A DNA stretch of 64,000 nt from Podarcis vaucheri (Eukaryota), in the NCBI GenBank assembly GCA_965113315.1, contig OZ220363.1; one strand, written 5' to 3'. Positions 12,119 to 26,251 of this stretch are shown piece after piece. The position numbers were made by a program, and so were the translations under genes. How positions within the stretch are numbered: position 1 is the stretch's first letter; every line of letters starts with the position of its first letter. The notes under the pieces were generated by a model. That model worked only from the letters and a program-made list of their open reading frames with translations, was not told the DNA's origin and ran no database searches.

Positions 12119-12372
12119 AAGAGAAGAAGAGGAGGAGTTTGGCTTTGATATCCCGCTTTATCACTACCCTAAGGAGTCTCAAAGCGGCTAACATTCTCCT
12201 TTCCCTTCCTCCCCCACAACAAACACTCTGTGGGGTGAGTGAGGCTGAGAGACTGCAGAGAAGTGTGACTAGCCCAAGGTCACCCAGCAGCTGCATGTGG
12301 AGGAGCGGAGACGCGAACCCAGTTCACCAGATTACGAGTCTACCGCTCTTAACCACTACACCACACTGGCTC
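12119..12372 (-). mobile_element. tRNA-derived SINE (Squam1-like)
   Basis: A/B-box tRNA-like head GCCAGTGTGGTGTAGTGGTT...GGGTTCG; TC-rich tail; TCTCTTTG flanks. Confidence 0.88.
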
Positions 12373-12594
12373 TCTTTGTAAGGTAATGGACATAACTGGC
12401 AAGTTAAGTGCGCTCATCAGCACCACAAAGACTGAGCTAGGTTGCCATTGACAATGGTCCCCACTGACCTTCATTCCAAGGAAACCGAACCCTGGGAAAG
12501 CTTAAGAGTCTCTTCCCACTCAGAAATTGGGGTGTGCAAAACAATATGTAGCTGGCTGAATCCACATGCAGAAAACCACTATCCTACTACTGTT

Positions 12595-12855
12595 CAGAGG
12601 TCTGACTACTGCCAGAAACCAGGCCGAGGGCCATCTCAGTAGTGGCACCCACCCTTTGGAATGCCCTCCCAACTAATTTCAAACAGATGAACAACTACAC
12701 AACTTTCAGAAGATATCTGAAGGCAGCCCTGTATCGGGAATTTTAAATGTTTGATGTGTTGCTGCTGTTGGAAGCCACTTACAAGTAGCTAGGGCAACCC
12801 AGTCTCATCGGCAGGATATAAGTAATATAAAATAATAATAATAATAGTAATAATA
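12595..12855 (+). mobile_element. Degraded L2 3' fragment
   Basis: Similar to the L2 copies at 20535 and 25530. Confidence 0.6.
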
Positions 12856-13928
12856 TTTCCAGCCCTATTACTTCAGGCCACTCTAATGTTGCAAGAAGTT
12901 TAGGAACAAACCTGATTTACAGGGCTTTCCCCCATTAGAATGTCTGTGGTGGTCACACCAATTACATGAGCTAGAGAGAATAGTGACCTGGTTGCATGGA
13001 TACTCCTTTCTCATGTAGAAACCATCACAAATCAGCTTCACACACAATCACAACCTGAATATGACTCCCATGGGAAACAGGATAACAGCAGGTGTTTCTT
13101 TAACTGTGGTACATCTGTACATGAAAGATTGCAGAAACCCTATTCTTCCCACAGCGAAGGTAATCCGAGGGTGTTGGGGAAAGATTTGAGTGCTCCATTT
13201 GAAGATCAGGGCCAAAAAAGACATGACATTCATTAGGTCATTTGCCATTTATTGAAAGGTTTTTCTTATCAAAGAAGATAGCGTGTCCCCCTCCCAATCA
13301 TGACAGGGCTCCTGGGGTGCTTAGGGGTTTTGTTTTTGTTGTTGTTGTGTGTGTTAGCTTTTTGTTCACCATTGTTGTCCCAATCTGGATCAGAGGGTAG
13401 AGGGGCATTCCCACAATTTCCTTGGAGAAAAAGCCCCCATTAACTCCAATGGGATTTTTTAATCCCATGTAAATTAAAGTTGTCAAGGTGGGGAGGGAAG
13501 GGGTGTAATCCAGATTGGGACCATAGTAGGAGGCAAAGGACTAAAACACCCTCTCCTTGCTAAGGTGCCATTCCTGATAAGGGACCCACACTTACAACTT
13601 CTGCAAGTAGAATCCTGCACTCAGGGGCATATCACTTAATTAACAGCCCATGTCGTTTGGCCCTCAGATCATATATTCTGCTTTGTATGTGACAACAGCA
13701 AATATTCCTTTAAAGAGGCAGGGCTCCCACTATCAAGTTTGGCTTGGCTTCAAGGAGTGTGGCTGCCACACCCAGAAAGCGTTGAGAATTGGTCCTAAGT
13801 TACCAGTACAAGGCTAGCGTGTGGGTTGTTGGGTTTTGATGGACACATTTGACCTATGTCACACACTTAAAATTTCCCCTCAAATCAAAGCTCATGTCAC
13901 ATATAGCTTATGACAACAATCATCACTA

Positions 13929-14154
13929 CCGTAGTACCTCAGGTTAAGAACTTAATTCGTTCTGGAGGTCCGTTCTTAACCTGAAACTATTCTTAACCTG
14001 AAGCACCACTTTAGGTAATGGGGCCTCCCACTGCCGCAGCGCTGCTGCTGCACAATTTCTGTTCTCATCCTGAAGCAAAGTTCTTAACCCGAGGTAATAT
14101 TTCTGGGTTAGCGGAGTCTGTAACCTGAAGCGTCTGCAACCTAAGGTACCACTG
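13929..14154. mobile_element. Tc1/mariner-pogo (Tigger-like) MITE
   Basis: TIR ...GTACCTCAGGTT / AACCTAAGGTACCACTG; TA flanks. Confidence 0.8.
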
Positions 14155-14161
14155 TACTCAA

Positions 14162-14167
14162 TTTATT
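14162..14167 (-). terminator. Candidate poly(A) signal of the PLA2G4D-like gene
   Basis: First AATAAA seen after the stop (about 700 nt); an ATTAAA variant lies at 14696-14701. Confidence 0.4.
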
Positions 14168-14340
14168 AAGCAAAGAAGTAACCCCAAGTTCTGACCCTAC
14201 AATATTCCTGATTTTGGCATTTGCTGGTATCTTTTATCCTGCCCTCTCTTCTCCCATCCCTTTCAAATGTCCGGGATGGGGAGCCTGCGATTATCGTGAT
14301 GTTGCGGGACAACCATATGTCAGGAGTGCTCTGATGGTGT

Positions 14341-14494
14341 TTCCTGATTGGCAGGGGGTTGGACTCGATGGCCCTTGTGGTCTCTTCCAACTCTATGATT
14401 CTATGATTCTATGATTCTATGATTCTATGATTCTATGATTCTATGATTCTATGATTCTATGATTCTATGATTCTATGATTCTATGATTCTATGA
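14341..14494 (+). mobile_element. CR1 3' end with expanded (ATTCTATG) array, about 13 copies
   Basis: Same 3' sequence as 6336-6419. Confidence 0.88.
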
Positions 14495-14867
14495 CTAAGA
14501 CTCCCATCATCCTTTGCATTAGTCCTGCTGGCTGTGGCTGGTGGGAGTCAATCTACATCTCGAGGTCCACAGCCTCCATATACCTGATTTAAGTGCTTGA
14601 AGGACAAGTAAAGATAAGAAGCAAGGCATCTCCATTTTTAGATTTCTTACAGTGAAAGTCCTAAGGATGTTAGCTCAGAAGTGAGGCCTGCTGAGTTTAA
14701 TAATATGACTTGCTCTCTCTAATAAATGTGTACAGGATAGTAACCTTCATCTTTTTGGGGGTTGAACTCCACTGACCTGCCAATCATCCTACTCTGCAAA
14801 GGAAAAGGCTTGATGATGTACTAGGAGGAGGAAGCCATACATTGCTGGTAAAAGCAGGCAAGGGATC

Positions 14868-15100
14868 CTAAGAAGAGTCACATGGCTGGGCACATTTCTG
14901 GCCACATTTTTTCCATTCTATGGCGATGGAGAGAGCCTGAAGAATGACATCTCTGCTATTCTGGATGTTATAGTCAGTCAGTTTCAGGAGTTTGTCAAAA
15001 TCTTTCTTAGTGTATGTAAAGTTCATCAGCTGGTATGGTGAGCAATAGCCAGATAGCGGGACTGTGCCTTCTGCCATCTCGGTTTGCCTACGTTCCACAC
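14868..15100 (-). CDS. PLA2G4D: PLA2G4D-like last coding exon (VERRQTE...[14 protein letters not shown])
   Basis: 233 nt to TAG. Confidence 0.92.
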
Positions 15101-18100
15101 CTGAAAATAAAAAAAACAAATATGCCCCCGGTTAAATCGTTTAGGAGATCTGGGAACATGTTCAGACCTCTTTCAATCATTTGATCATCCCCCCCTACTG
15201 TTACCTTGCCTTTGTTTTGTTTTGAGACAAAATATTGCACGTTGAAAGTGAAATGTACCTGGTTCTTTAAATTTCTGGAATGTATCATTCACAAGCGGGA
15301 AATGAAGCACTATGGGGGATTTGTTATTCTCCTCGTCCACAAATAGGTAACATTCTCTTGGATTTTTCTTGTCTTCCTCACTCAATGAAATCCTGGGAAA
15401 AGGAATTCCCTGCTCCAAGCAGTATTCACTGGTTTGTTCTATAGACTGTAGCACAAGAAATTCGGGTAACTTTAAAGGCTGTCCTTTAAATCAGCAGGCA
15501 CTAAATTACATAGCCATAATTAGGGCTGGGGCAGGATTTCAATTCACTCCACTATTTGGAGCTAAGGTCTCCAGTCCGCATTCCAATGGATCATGCTCAG
15601 ATCATAATGTAGACGTGTGGATTCAACTACATGTCTATGAACCTTTCTGAGTATGGTTCACTTTCTTTAAAAAAAACAACAACACCAAGATAGTTGCAGG
15701 GCTTTCTGCCTCTACATTTCTGTTTTTAAATTATTTCTAGCTGATTGGAGCGGCTACTCTTGCTGTGCTCATTGAAATGTTTTGAGTAAAAAGTCCCTGC
15801 CGTGACCCTGTGTAATTGCACAAGGAAAAGATGGTTGCCCCAATGTACTTATGGGGGCAGCCATCTTTTTTCTGTACAATGTCCCAATGAGGCTTCAAGC
15901 AGCTAGAAAATGTTTGTTAAAAGAAAAAGGAGCCAGAAAGCTCTCAGACCACATCGTAAGTGTGTGGGTCAATAACATTTTAAAAGAGTGCAGATTTTGC
16001 CTTTTAAAAAAACCCATGCAGACATTCATTGGAGACACAAACTGGATTCAGCCCATTTTGACCATCCTTTGCCACAATTCTAAGGGTATGTTTGAACGAT
16101 GATGCTGATAAACATTTAAAATAAAATAGCCTACAAGTGCCTAGTCACAGAGAAAGAAAGAGTGTGGGAGCTGAGCAACAATAAAGAAAAAAATACCTGG
16201 CTACTTTTTTAAATACTCCATCTAGAGGGTTGTTTAAGACTAATTTCTGCTCTACATTCTACAGAGAATTCTTTTTGAAGCACCTGATATAAGAACTGTT
16301 TTCTGCTGAAAATCCACAATTGTAGCTTTGTTCACAAGTCAAAAAGCAGATACACTTTTGTTCAGTTTCATGTTGATAAGTTTCTCCTCATTTGATTGAA
16401 ACTCAAGTGCCCATAGCTTGGAATGACTGGAATGAGCTTTACTTTTAATAGCTGTGTAGAACGGAAAATTTTGGCAAGCACAAGAGAAACAGTACCCATT
16501 GAAATTACGGTACATCTTCTGTGACATGTCTTGCCTTCCTTTGTTTCTAGGTCCTTAGCCATTACTACATTGCTTCGAAGGTATTTTGTCTGATGCAACG
16601 CACATATTATTTAGTGTATGATAGGCTTTGATTATGTTTGCTGCAGTCGGATGATGGTGATGATGGATATAAAATTGTACCATTTCCTATCTATCTATTT
16701 ATCTATCTATCTATTGATTGAATTTATATACAGCCCTATACCTGGGGATCTCAGGGCAGTTCACAGAATCAAAACCTTCAAGATTTTATGTAATCAACAC
16801 CCCACTCCCCCAAAGTGCCTATTACAACATAATGTGTATTGACAGCTGCAAATCAAAGCATCAGCAAAATACTAAACTGCACTTTTTTCACAATGGCAAG
16901 GGGTTTTTTTTTGGGAGGGAGGAGGAATCTGTATCGGGACCCTGGCATGGAGGGTAGGAGAGAGTTCCTCTTTCCTCTACTGTGAGCAAACTGTTTGCAG
17001 AAGAATACCTTAACACTAACCTGGAAGGGGTTGTCCAGAGAGTAATCAAATGATAAGATGACATCTACTTTCCGCTCCTTTCTCAAGAGCGGGGGACAGC
17101 TAGTATTGATGAAATATGCAGCATCAACCAGGCAGATACCTTCTTCTGATGGTGTCAGTTGATTAGGAAACTGGTCCAGTCGGCTGTCTGAAATGCAAAT
17201 TATACAATAAAAATCAATCTAGTAATCTAATCTGATTTTTATCATCCATTTTCTTTCACAAAATGTTTCAGATCTGGGACCCAAACCAATGGCTTCAAGT
17301 TATAAGTAAGGAAATTCTGACAAAACATCAGGAAGAACTTTCTAACAGTAAGAGCTGTTCGACTGTAGAATGGACTCCCTCAGAAGGTGGTAGACTCTTC
17401 TTCATCAGATGTTTCTAAGCAGAGGTTTGGTGGCCATCTGTCATGGGACTGGACTAGGAGACCCTTAGGGTCCCTTAAAGGTAAAGGTACCCCTGCCCGT
17501 ACGGGCCAGTCGTGTCCGACTCTAGGGTTGCGTGCTCATCTCGCTCTAGAGGCCGGGAGCCGGCGCCGTCCGAAGACACTTCCGGGTCACGTGGCCAGCG
17601 TGACAAAGCTGCAGCTGGCGAGCCAGCACCAGCGCAGCACACGGAAACACCGTTTACCTTCCCGCTATAAAGCGGTCCCTATTTATCTATTTGCACTTAA
17701 GAGTGCTTTCAAACTGCTAGGTGGGCAGGAGCTGGGACCGAACGATGGGAGCTCACCCCGCCGCGGGGATTCGAACTGCCAACCATACGATCGGCAAGTC
17801 CTAGGCACTGAGGTTTTACCCACAGCACCACCCATGTCCCTAGGGTCCCTTACAACTCTACATTTCCATGATTCTATAGTTCTATTTGAAGCCAGGCCTC
17901 TGCCTGAGCCTGGAACTTTCAGGGAGTCAGTCTATGGCTCCAAACACCATTCAGAATTCAGGGCTCTGCCACACATTACATGGCAGCACACTTGTGTTTA
18001 TCAGAACGTACATTCAAGTTGCTGTTCCAGCCAATCCCATCTCACTGATAAAGTTTGCTGTCTGACACATATGTTGGTGAACACACTTTTATCATGTTCA

Positions 18101-21100
18101 CATTTTTCATATTTAGGTATATATCTGGAACATTGCATGTGTCCATTTAAAAAGAAGAAAAGTGTATAAAATGAAATGTGTTCTTGAAACAGCACTCCAG
18201 GTCTAAGGAAGGCAAGATAACTTGACAAAAGAGAGACAGTGATAAATGAGCTCTGTTCAACACTTCCATCTGTTTACAAGTAAAATCAAAGTCACTATGT
18301 TTACAGTAAACCCACATTTTCACCTATTGTCCAGTATCCCAGGCCCAGTTATGGGAAGATATAAATTTGTAGGTTCTAAAGAAGAATTTAATAGTTAGTG
18401 TGTCAGCAATGTCCTTTCAGATGAAGGGTGGGATAGCAATTTTATTAACTTAGTAAATAAATTATCAGCACTAAAAAGCAATAGGGTATTATGATTATTT
18501 TTGGTGGGGTTGTTTTCCTTTATTTTTTTGGTAACTAGAACTGTAATCCTAATACTTTGGTTTGGAGAAAGCCCAACTGAATTCAATAGGTTATACGTCT
18601 AAGTAGACATAGTTACCTTTCCATGTAGAGAACTGACTCTCCTGGTAATAGTCTTTATGCATATGGAAACCATTGAGGAAGTTATGGATGTGATGGTGCA
18701 ATGGACGATCAGTTAAAATATTTCTTATAATCTGAAAGAGCTTCCCATCAGGACACATCCAAGAGGTCCCCAAGTAAGTAGAGCTTTCTGGTGGAATATG
18801 ATTTCTCTCTGAATAAGGGAAAGGAAGAGAAGGGGATTGGAGGGGGAGGAAGCAGTCCGTGTTGCCACTTTATGCCACTATAGCATTACAGCAAATGTCT
18901 ATGAAAAGGCTTATTCAAAAATCATATAATTGTCTTCCTCTGCACAATTTAAAGTAGATATATGGCATTGTTTATGAATAATGACACACTGTCAAATACA
19001 TATGCCTGGAACAGATACAGGTAACCCCATTTAGATACCAAAAAAGTGGGAAATTCCCTTAATGTTCCTTTAACAGGGATTTTTAATCTACATTCGCTAA
19101 CACCTAGATATCACTCACTTTTAGTGAAAGCAACAAATAATATTGTGGCACCTTGAAAACTAACCAATTTGTTACGGTGTAAGCTTTCATGGACCATTTC
19201 ATAACTTTCCACAGGTGGCCTTCCACACCACCCAAGCATGTGTGTTCATGCAAGTGTGTGCGCACACCCAAATACGTGTTTTCTTATCTCTCTGCCACAG
19301 TGCTTTGTGTAAGTGTAGAGAATAGCACTGTGCTGCCTTAAATCTCTTCCAGTTTCTGAACTGCACACTGGCCATCACTATGTTCATGTGAATGGAGGCA
19401 AACCATCTAGGCTACTTCTTCAGGGGTTATTTACGAGAATATGTGTGCTGTTATGTACACATTATTTTAAGCTAACAACAAAATTCCTACCAATGTTTCT
19501 TATTTTGCTTCTGATAAGTTTCTGCCAAGATTCATCTGTACTGCTCAGCTTATTCCAGACATCGAGCAGATTCACAGCAAGAATATTGCTCCACAACGCT
19601 GTAAAGTCAAGCATATTTAGGGAAAGATCAGTTCTTCTTTGCATCCTTTCCATCCTTTCTCATTCAGCTGTTTATCATTAATCAAAACTTCAATAGTAAT
19701 TAATTACTCCTCCTGCCTTATTTAGGTCTTTTGAAATATTAGGACTTCATGTGCTACTAGATAATGGTTGTGCTATTTGCTCATAAACACACATTTGTTT
19801 ATTCATACGTATTGCAACAGAAAAGCATTTTATATTTAAAGCGAGGTGGCCTCCTCAGGCAGCTGATGTTGGGTGTGAAAAAATTGCAGCATCAGGCACA
19901 TAATTGTCTTGGGCTAGCCTACACCTCAAAATCATTTCCCACAAATTACCTACAAATCAACCTACAAATCTGGTTGATGATCTTAGTAATTGCAAATCCA
20001 GTTCACAACAGCTTTCAAGAGAGTAACATGCCACTTTACAGGAAATTAATACAATTACCTTCTAAATAACAGATCCGGGACTCTAGGTTTTTCTTCATTA
20101 GCCGTCCCATGAAGAATTCACTTCCAAAATCTTCTGAATGGATGAATGCACCGTATTTCAGAAAACCAACTTCATAGGGGGAGAATTCACACCATTCTGT
20201 GTACAGACAATCAACAAGCATACTTGCTATCTTATTGCTGATGGAAGCATGGTAACATAATAATTCTGCATCTAAAACCTCCTATGAGAATAAACTAATT
20301 TGTGTATGCATTGTGTTTATCATTCTACCTTTCCTCCAAGGAGCATGGAGGGGGAAATGCATTGTGTAATATTGCTAAATGATCTGTGGGAAACAATTAT
20401 TTCCATATCTCATTCATTTTCACAAGAAACGACAAGTGAGGTCACTTTTACTTTCATTTTATTGATGGGGAAGTGAAGCTGAAAGAGGAGAGTTACTTCA
20501 CCAAAGCCATCAAACAAGCACATGGCTCAATGGTCCAAGACCATCATTCAACCCAGACGCTGAGGTCCAGCTCCAAGGGCCTTCTGGTGTTTCCCTCACT
20601 GCGAGAAGTGAGATTACAGGGAGCCAGGCAGAGGGCCTGCTTGGTGGTGGCACCCGCCTTGTGGAATGCCCTCCCACCAGATGTGAAGGAAATAAACAAC
20701 TATCTGGCTTTTAGAAGACACCTGAAGGCAGCCCTGTTTAGGGAAGTTTTAAATTTCTTGTGTTTTACCATTTTTAATTTGTGCAGTAAGCCGCCCAGAC
20801 TGGCCGGGCAGTTTACAGCACATACAAAATTAATTATCATCACCATCATCTAAATGAATCATTTATACCTATGTACAGAAACTGCACTAACAGCCAAATT
20901 TATTTGCTGTGCTTACAACAATCAGTGAAACAAATTACTATGCAGTTTTAATGTGATCATTTCATATTTGCAACAATGAAACCTACAATGAATCTCCAGT
21001 TCTACGCACATACTTACTCACACTTAGGATGCTTTCAGGCTGGTTTTTTGTAACATCTACATGATGGTGTTGGCATCAAAATGCCAGCAAATATTCCCCA

Positions 21101-24100
21101 CCCCCTGCAATTTAATCTGGATTTTCCCTTCTTGAGGAAGAGATGGCCACTTAAAAAACAACAACAACCTGTTGCCATTAAGCTATTTGCAATATCTCAA
21201 GGACCCATTAGCAATATTAAGCCGCTGTCTATAAGCTCCTTTAGTGTCCTGGAGCAGGCCCCAAACCTGGCACATACCGTATTTTGCGCCCCATAGGACG
21301 CTCCGGCCCATAGGACGCACCTAGTTTTTTTTGGGGGGGGAATAAAGAAAAAAAAATTATTTCCCCCCCAGGTGCGGGGCTGGAAGAACCAGGTCGGGGA
21401 ACAGTGGGAAGGCACGCTCTGCCTCCCCGCTGCCCCCCGAGCTTGTGGGGCTGGCGATGGGGAGAAGTGTGCTGATCCCGGGACTGCAGGCAGCTCTGCA
21501 CCGCCATCCCGAGGGGGGCGGGACTTAGCGCCCCGCTCGGGATGGCGGCGCAGATCCGCCTGCAGTCCCGGCACGGCAGGCAGCTCTGCGTGGCCATCTG
21601 GAGCGGGGCGGGCTTCGCCCCCAGCTCCCGGTGGCCGCGCAGAGCTGCGCTGATCCCGGGACGGCAGGCAGCTCTGCACCGCCATCTGGAGCGGGGCGGG
21701 ACTTAGCGCCCCGCTCCCGATGGCCGCGCAGAGCTGTGCTGAGCCGGGGACTGCAGGCAGCTCTGCGCAACCCTCGAAGCAGGTCTCCCGAGGGTTGCGC
21801 AGAGCTTCCTGAAGCCTGGAGAGCGAGAGGGGTTGGTGCGCACCGACCCCTCTCGCTCTCCAGGCTTCAGCAAAAGCCTGCATTCGCCCCATAGGACGCA
21901 CCCAGATTTCCCCTTCATTTTTGGAGGGGAAAAAGTGCGTCCTATAGGGCGAAAAATACGGTACATGCTAATCTCTGTTTCAGTTACTGTCATATTGACC
22001 TGTATAATTAATATGCAAGGTAAATTACCTACAGATCAAATAACCCCTAAGGATGTTCTGAAATTTCCCTTCTGGCACATTATTGCTACATAGTAAAGCT
22101 TACACAGGAGAATAGGCTAAGGAAAATTGCTGACATTTGCACCTGCCATTCTCTACTGCAATTACAATTTTATAAGAATTACCTTTGAAATCAAAAGTAG
22201 AAATATGGTTTTCTTTCACATTAAGGGCTAAATAGAGGGGTAGGGGATTCTGCCCTTGATTCACAGCCTGTTGCTGATCAGATAATTTAAAATCATTCAC
22301 CTAATAAGGAGGAAAAACAGAAAGCAAGCAAAGGACTTGGAGCTCAGAAGAGTGTGCCACGTACTGCAACAAATCAGATATGGTTTTGCAAAACAAATCT
22401 CTGAAAATTGTGTGAATATACTCTTAAGTGCTTCATACTTGCACTTTTGTTACCCCTGACAGTTAAGTCCAGTCGCGAACAACTCTGGGGTTGTGGCGCT
22501 CATCTCACTTTACTGACCAAGGGAGCCGACGTTTGCCGCAGACAGTTTTTCCGGGTCATGTGGCCAACATGACTAAGCCGCTTCTGGCAAAACCAGAGCA
22601 GCACACAGAAACACCGTTTACCTTGCACTGGAGCAGTACCTATTTATCTACTTGCACTTTGACGTGCTTTCAAACTGCTAGGTGGGCAGGAGCTGGGACA
22701 GAGCAACGGGAGCTCACCCCTGGCGGGGATTCATACTGCCAACCTTCTGATCGGCAGGTCCTAGGCTCTGTGGTTTACACCACAGAGCCACCCACATCCC
22801 TTTTGTTACCCTTACAATATCACTAGTTTAATGTAATCAGTTATAAACTGTATGAATGAGATGGATGAGTGAATATATGGAATAAAGGGGGTCCTGCAAA
22901 ATTTACAAAGAATGAAACTTGGCTGCTGATGGCTCTTTCAAAAAACAAGGACTTCATCAGATTAAAGGAGATCAATGCTTTCTGTGCTTTCCTCTTTCAG
23001 TTCTGGATAAATAATATTGGTTGATATGTGTTTTTTTAGTTACTGATATGGCCTATTTTGCAACAAATTTTAAAATGTTATAATGCTAGTTTTATCAAAA
23101 CGGTTTGTTTCTTTGGATTATTATATTGCGCTTTGAAATCAATTGCTTTTAGGCTGCTCATGGTACTGGTATGTATTTTTTTGTTGTTATCCAGACACAA
23201 CAACAACAAAAAACAACCCCAAAGTATACATGTAAGGTCACTCATATTTTTCTTCACTGAAAGCCTTAATTGAATGATTAATTGAATATATACATGCCAG
23301 CAGGGGCGAACAAAGGAGTTGTGACACCCAGGGCGGGACGTTGCTAAGTAGGGCACATGTGCGGTGTCACTACGTATGACACACGCACTGTACATGGCAA
23401 TGCTGCACATGTGCTGTACATAGTGGTTTGCCAGCCGCACCACTCCAGTGCTGTACGGATAATGCCAGGATCCTTTGTTCACGGCTGTAGCAGCGACAGA
23501 GGGATCCCACTGCTGTCCGTATGGCGTTGGAGCTGTGGCACTGGCAAACCGCTATGTACAGCAAATGCGTGCGACGCCACACATGTGCTGTACATAGCAG
23601 TTTGCCGCCGGCACCGGGATCCTCTGCTCACAGCTGCAGCTGCGAATCCTCCACATGAGGCTGCAGCTGCGGGATGGCTGCTCGCGCCGCCACGCCCGGG
23701 CCGGGGCAGCAGGGCAAGCACCCCGCAGGGTGCCACCTTGTCACCCGCCCAGATGTGGAACCTGGGGCGCACTGCCCCCCCCCTTCCCTGACACCACTGC
23801 ATGCCAGAGAGATGAAACAACCAACAGAGGCTTTTGAAGATAATTGGCTCTCCATTAATCATTTCTGTATTTGGACACTGATCATTAGGAGAGGCCTAAA
23901 GCTGTTTACATACCCCATCATGCAAGATATTCTCCAGAGCTACGGCCCACAGGTCATTAAAAGAAGTAGAGATGCCCTCTTTGGCCCTCTGCCTCAGCTC
24001 CTCTTGATAATAAATCAGATGCTCCAGAGAAAAGGTGCTTATCTTATTCTTTCCCATATGCTTCTTGGCTTCAAGGATTGGCCTCTCCAGATCCTTTTGG

Positions 24101-24291
24101 GACCAATTGGAATCTTCATACAAATTTGACATGGTCCTAAAGAAACAGTTGTAATAAAATAATTAGGGTAAATGCATGGACAATAGAACACACACGTAAA
24201 GAAGCCACCTTGGTTTTCCTGAAGACTGGTTTAAATGTTAGAAGAAGAAGAAGAAGAAGAAGAAGAAGAAGAAGAAGAAGAAGAAGAAGAA

Positions 24292-24328
<37 letters not shown>

Positions 24329-25527
24329 TTGGATTTGATATCCCGCCTTTCACTCCCTTTTTAAGGAGTCTCAAAGCGGCTAACATTCTCCTTTCCCTTC
24401 CTCCCCCCACAACAAACACTCTGTGAGGTGAATGGGGCTGAGAGACTTCACAGAAGTGTGACTGGCCCAAGGTCACCCAGCAGCTGCATGTGGAGGAGCG
24501 GAGACGCGAACCCAGTTCACCAGATTACGAGTCTACCGCTCTTAACCACTACACCACACTGGCTAGACAGAAGCACAGGAAATGGAAGGATAGGCAAGAT
24601 GAGCCCTGCTTCAGTTTTCCACTCTTGCACACTGATGTCTGAAGCGGCACATCTCAAGCGCAACCATAATTCCCAGGACTGTCCCTATTGGAAAAATCTA
24701 TTTGGTGATTCACAACTTTCTGACTAGTTGCAGGACCTTAGCCAGACCTAGCAGAGTACACGCAGAATCCACGGAAGCAATTGGCTACTTGGCTGCAGAC
24801 AGGATAGATGAATCAGGAACCAGGAACTTGTAGTTAGGTGTTTCTTATATACAGTGGACTATTTACAGGAACAGAACACGGATCTTTTGCTAGCTCTCTC
24901 TGACACGACTCACAACTCCCACACTGACACAGAACTCTGAACACAAACACTGAACTAACAGTTAGTAGGCCATTAATTATCACTCCTTTGAGAGAGCTTG
25001 ACCAATCAGGGAGTGGTCTCCATGTCTCTGTTATCACCAGGCAGACTTACTCCTTCAGATTGCCTTCTGGCTGTCTGCCAAACCTTAATTGACTCTGTGA
25101 CTTCATTGCTGGTATGGCTTGGCTCAGGGAAAGCAGATTGCATACAAATAATGTTCAGATACTATGCACTTCTTAATACCTTTCCTTGGTTTCAGCTCCA
25201 AAATTCCACAATCCCCTCCCCCAGTTTCATGCTGACAGTCTCACCAAGTTGAGCCTGAGGTACCGCTGATATATGTTATGCAGTCCAGAATGCCAAGCTT
25301 CTTAAGTCCTGAGAGCTGCCCGTAAAGAGACGTCATTGCTCTGCATCCACCTCCTGTGGCCATGACTGCAACTACTGGCACCTGTTTAAAATACACAGAC
25401 ATATATATATTTATATTAATATCTGGCCTGTTCATTAGCACACAATTAACAATGTCCTCTGGGTAGTTCACAGATTTAAAATATGAGTATTAGCATTTTC
25501 GAAGGACATAATATCAGCTAGGATGAC

Positions 25528-25581
<54 letters not shown>

Positions 25582-26201
25582 TTATTATTTATACCCCGCC
25601 CATCTGGATGGGTTTCCCCAGCCACTCTGGGCAGCTTCCAACAATACAGCGTCAGACATTAAAAACTTCCCTAAACAGGGCTGCCTTCAGTTGTCTTTTA
25701 AAAGTAAAATAGTTGTTTATTGCCTTGACATCTGCTGGGAGGACATTCCACAGGGCAGGCGCCACTACCGAGAAGGCCATCTGCCTGGTTCCCTGTAACC
25801 TCACTTCTCGCAGCGAGGGAACCGCCAGAAGGCCCTCAGGGCTGGAGCTCAGTATCCGGGCTGAACGATGGGGGAGGAGACGCTCCTTCAGGTATACAGG
25901 ACGGAGGCCGTTTAGTGCTTTAAAGGTCAGCACCAACACTTTGAATTGTGCTCAGAAACGTACTGGGAGCCAATGAAGATCTTTCAGGACCGGTGTTATA
26001 TGGTCTCGGCGGCCACTCCCAGTCACCAGTCTAGCTGCCGCATTCTGGATTAATTGCAGTTTCCGAGTCACCTTCAAAGGTAGCCCCATGTAGAGTGCAT
26101 TGCAGTAGTCCAAGCGGGAGATAACTATTCTCTGTAAGACTAACGCCAATGATACAAATAGCCGTTCTGCCACAGAGCAGCACACCATTCAGCAGTTGTA
26201 C

Positions 26202-26251
<50 letters not shown>

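Noticed and set aside
12300-12372. tRNA-like sequences (also 24490-24564, 54022-54090, 57051-57125)
   Set aside because: They are SINE heads with bodies and tails, not tRNA genes.
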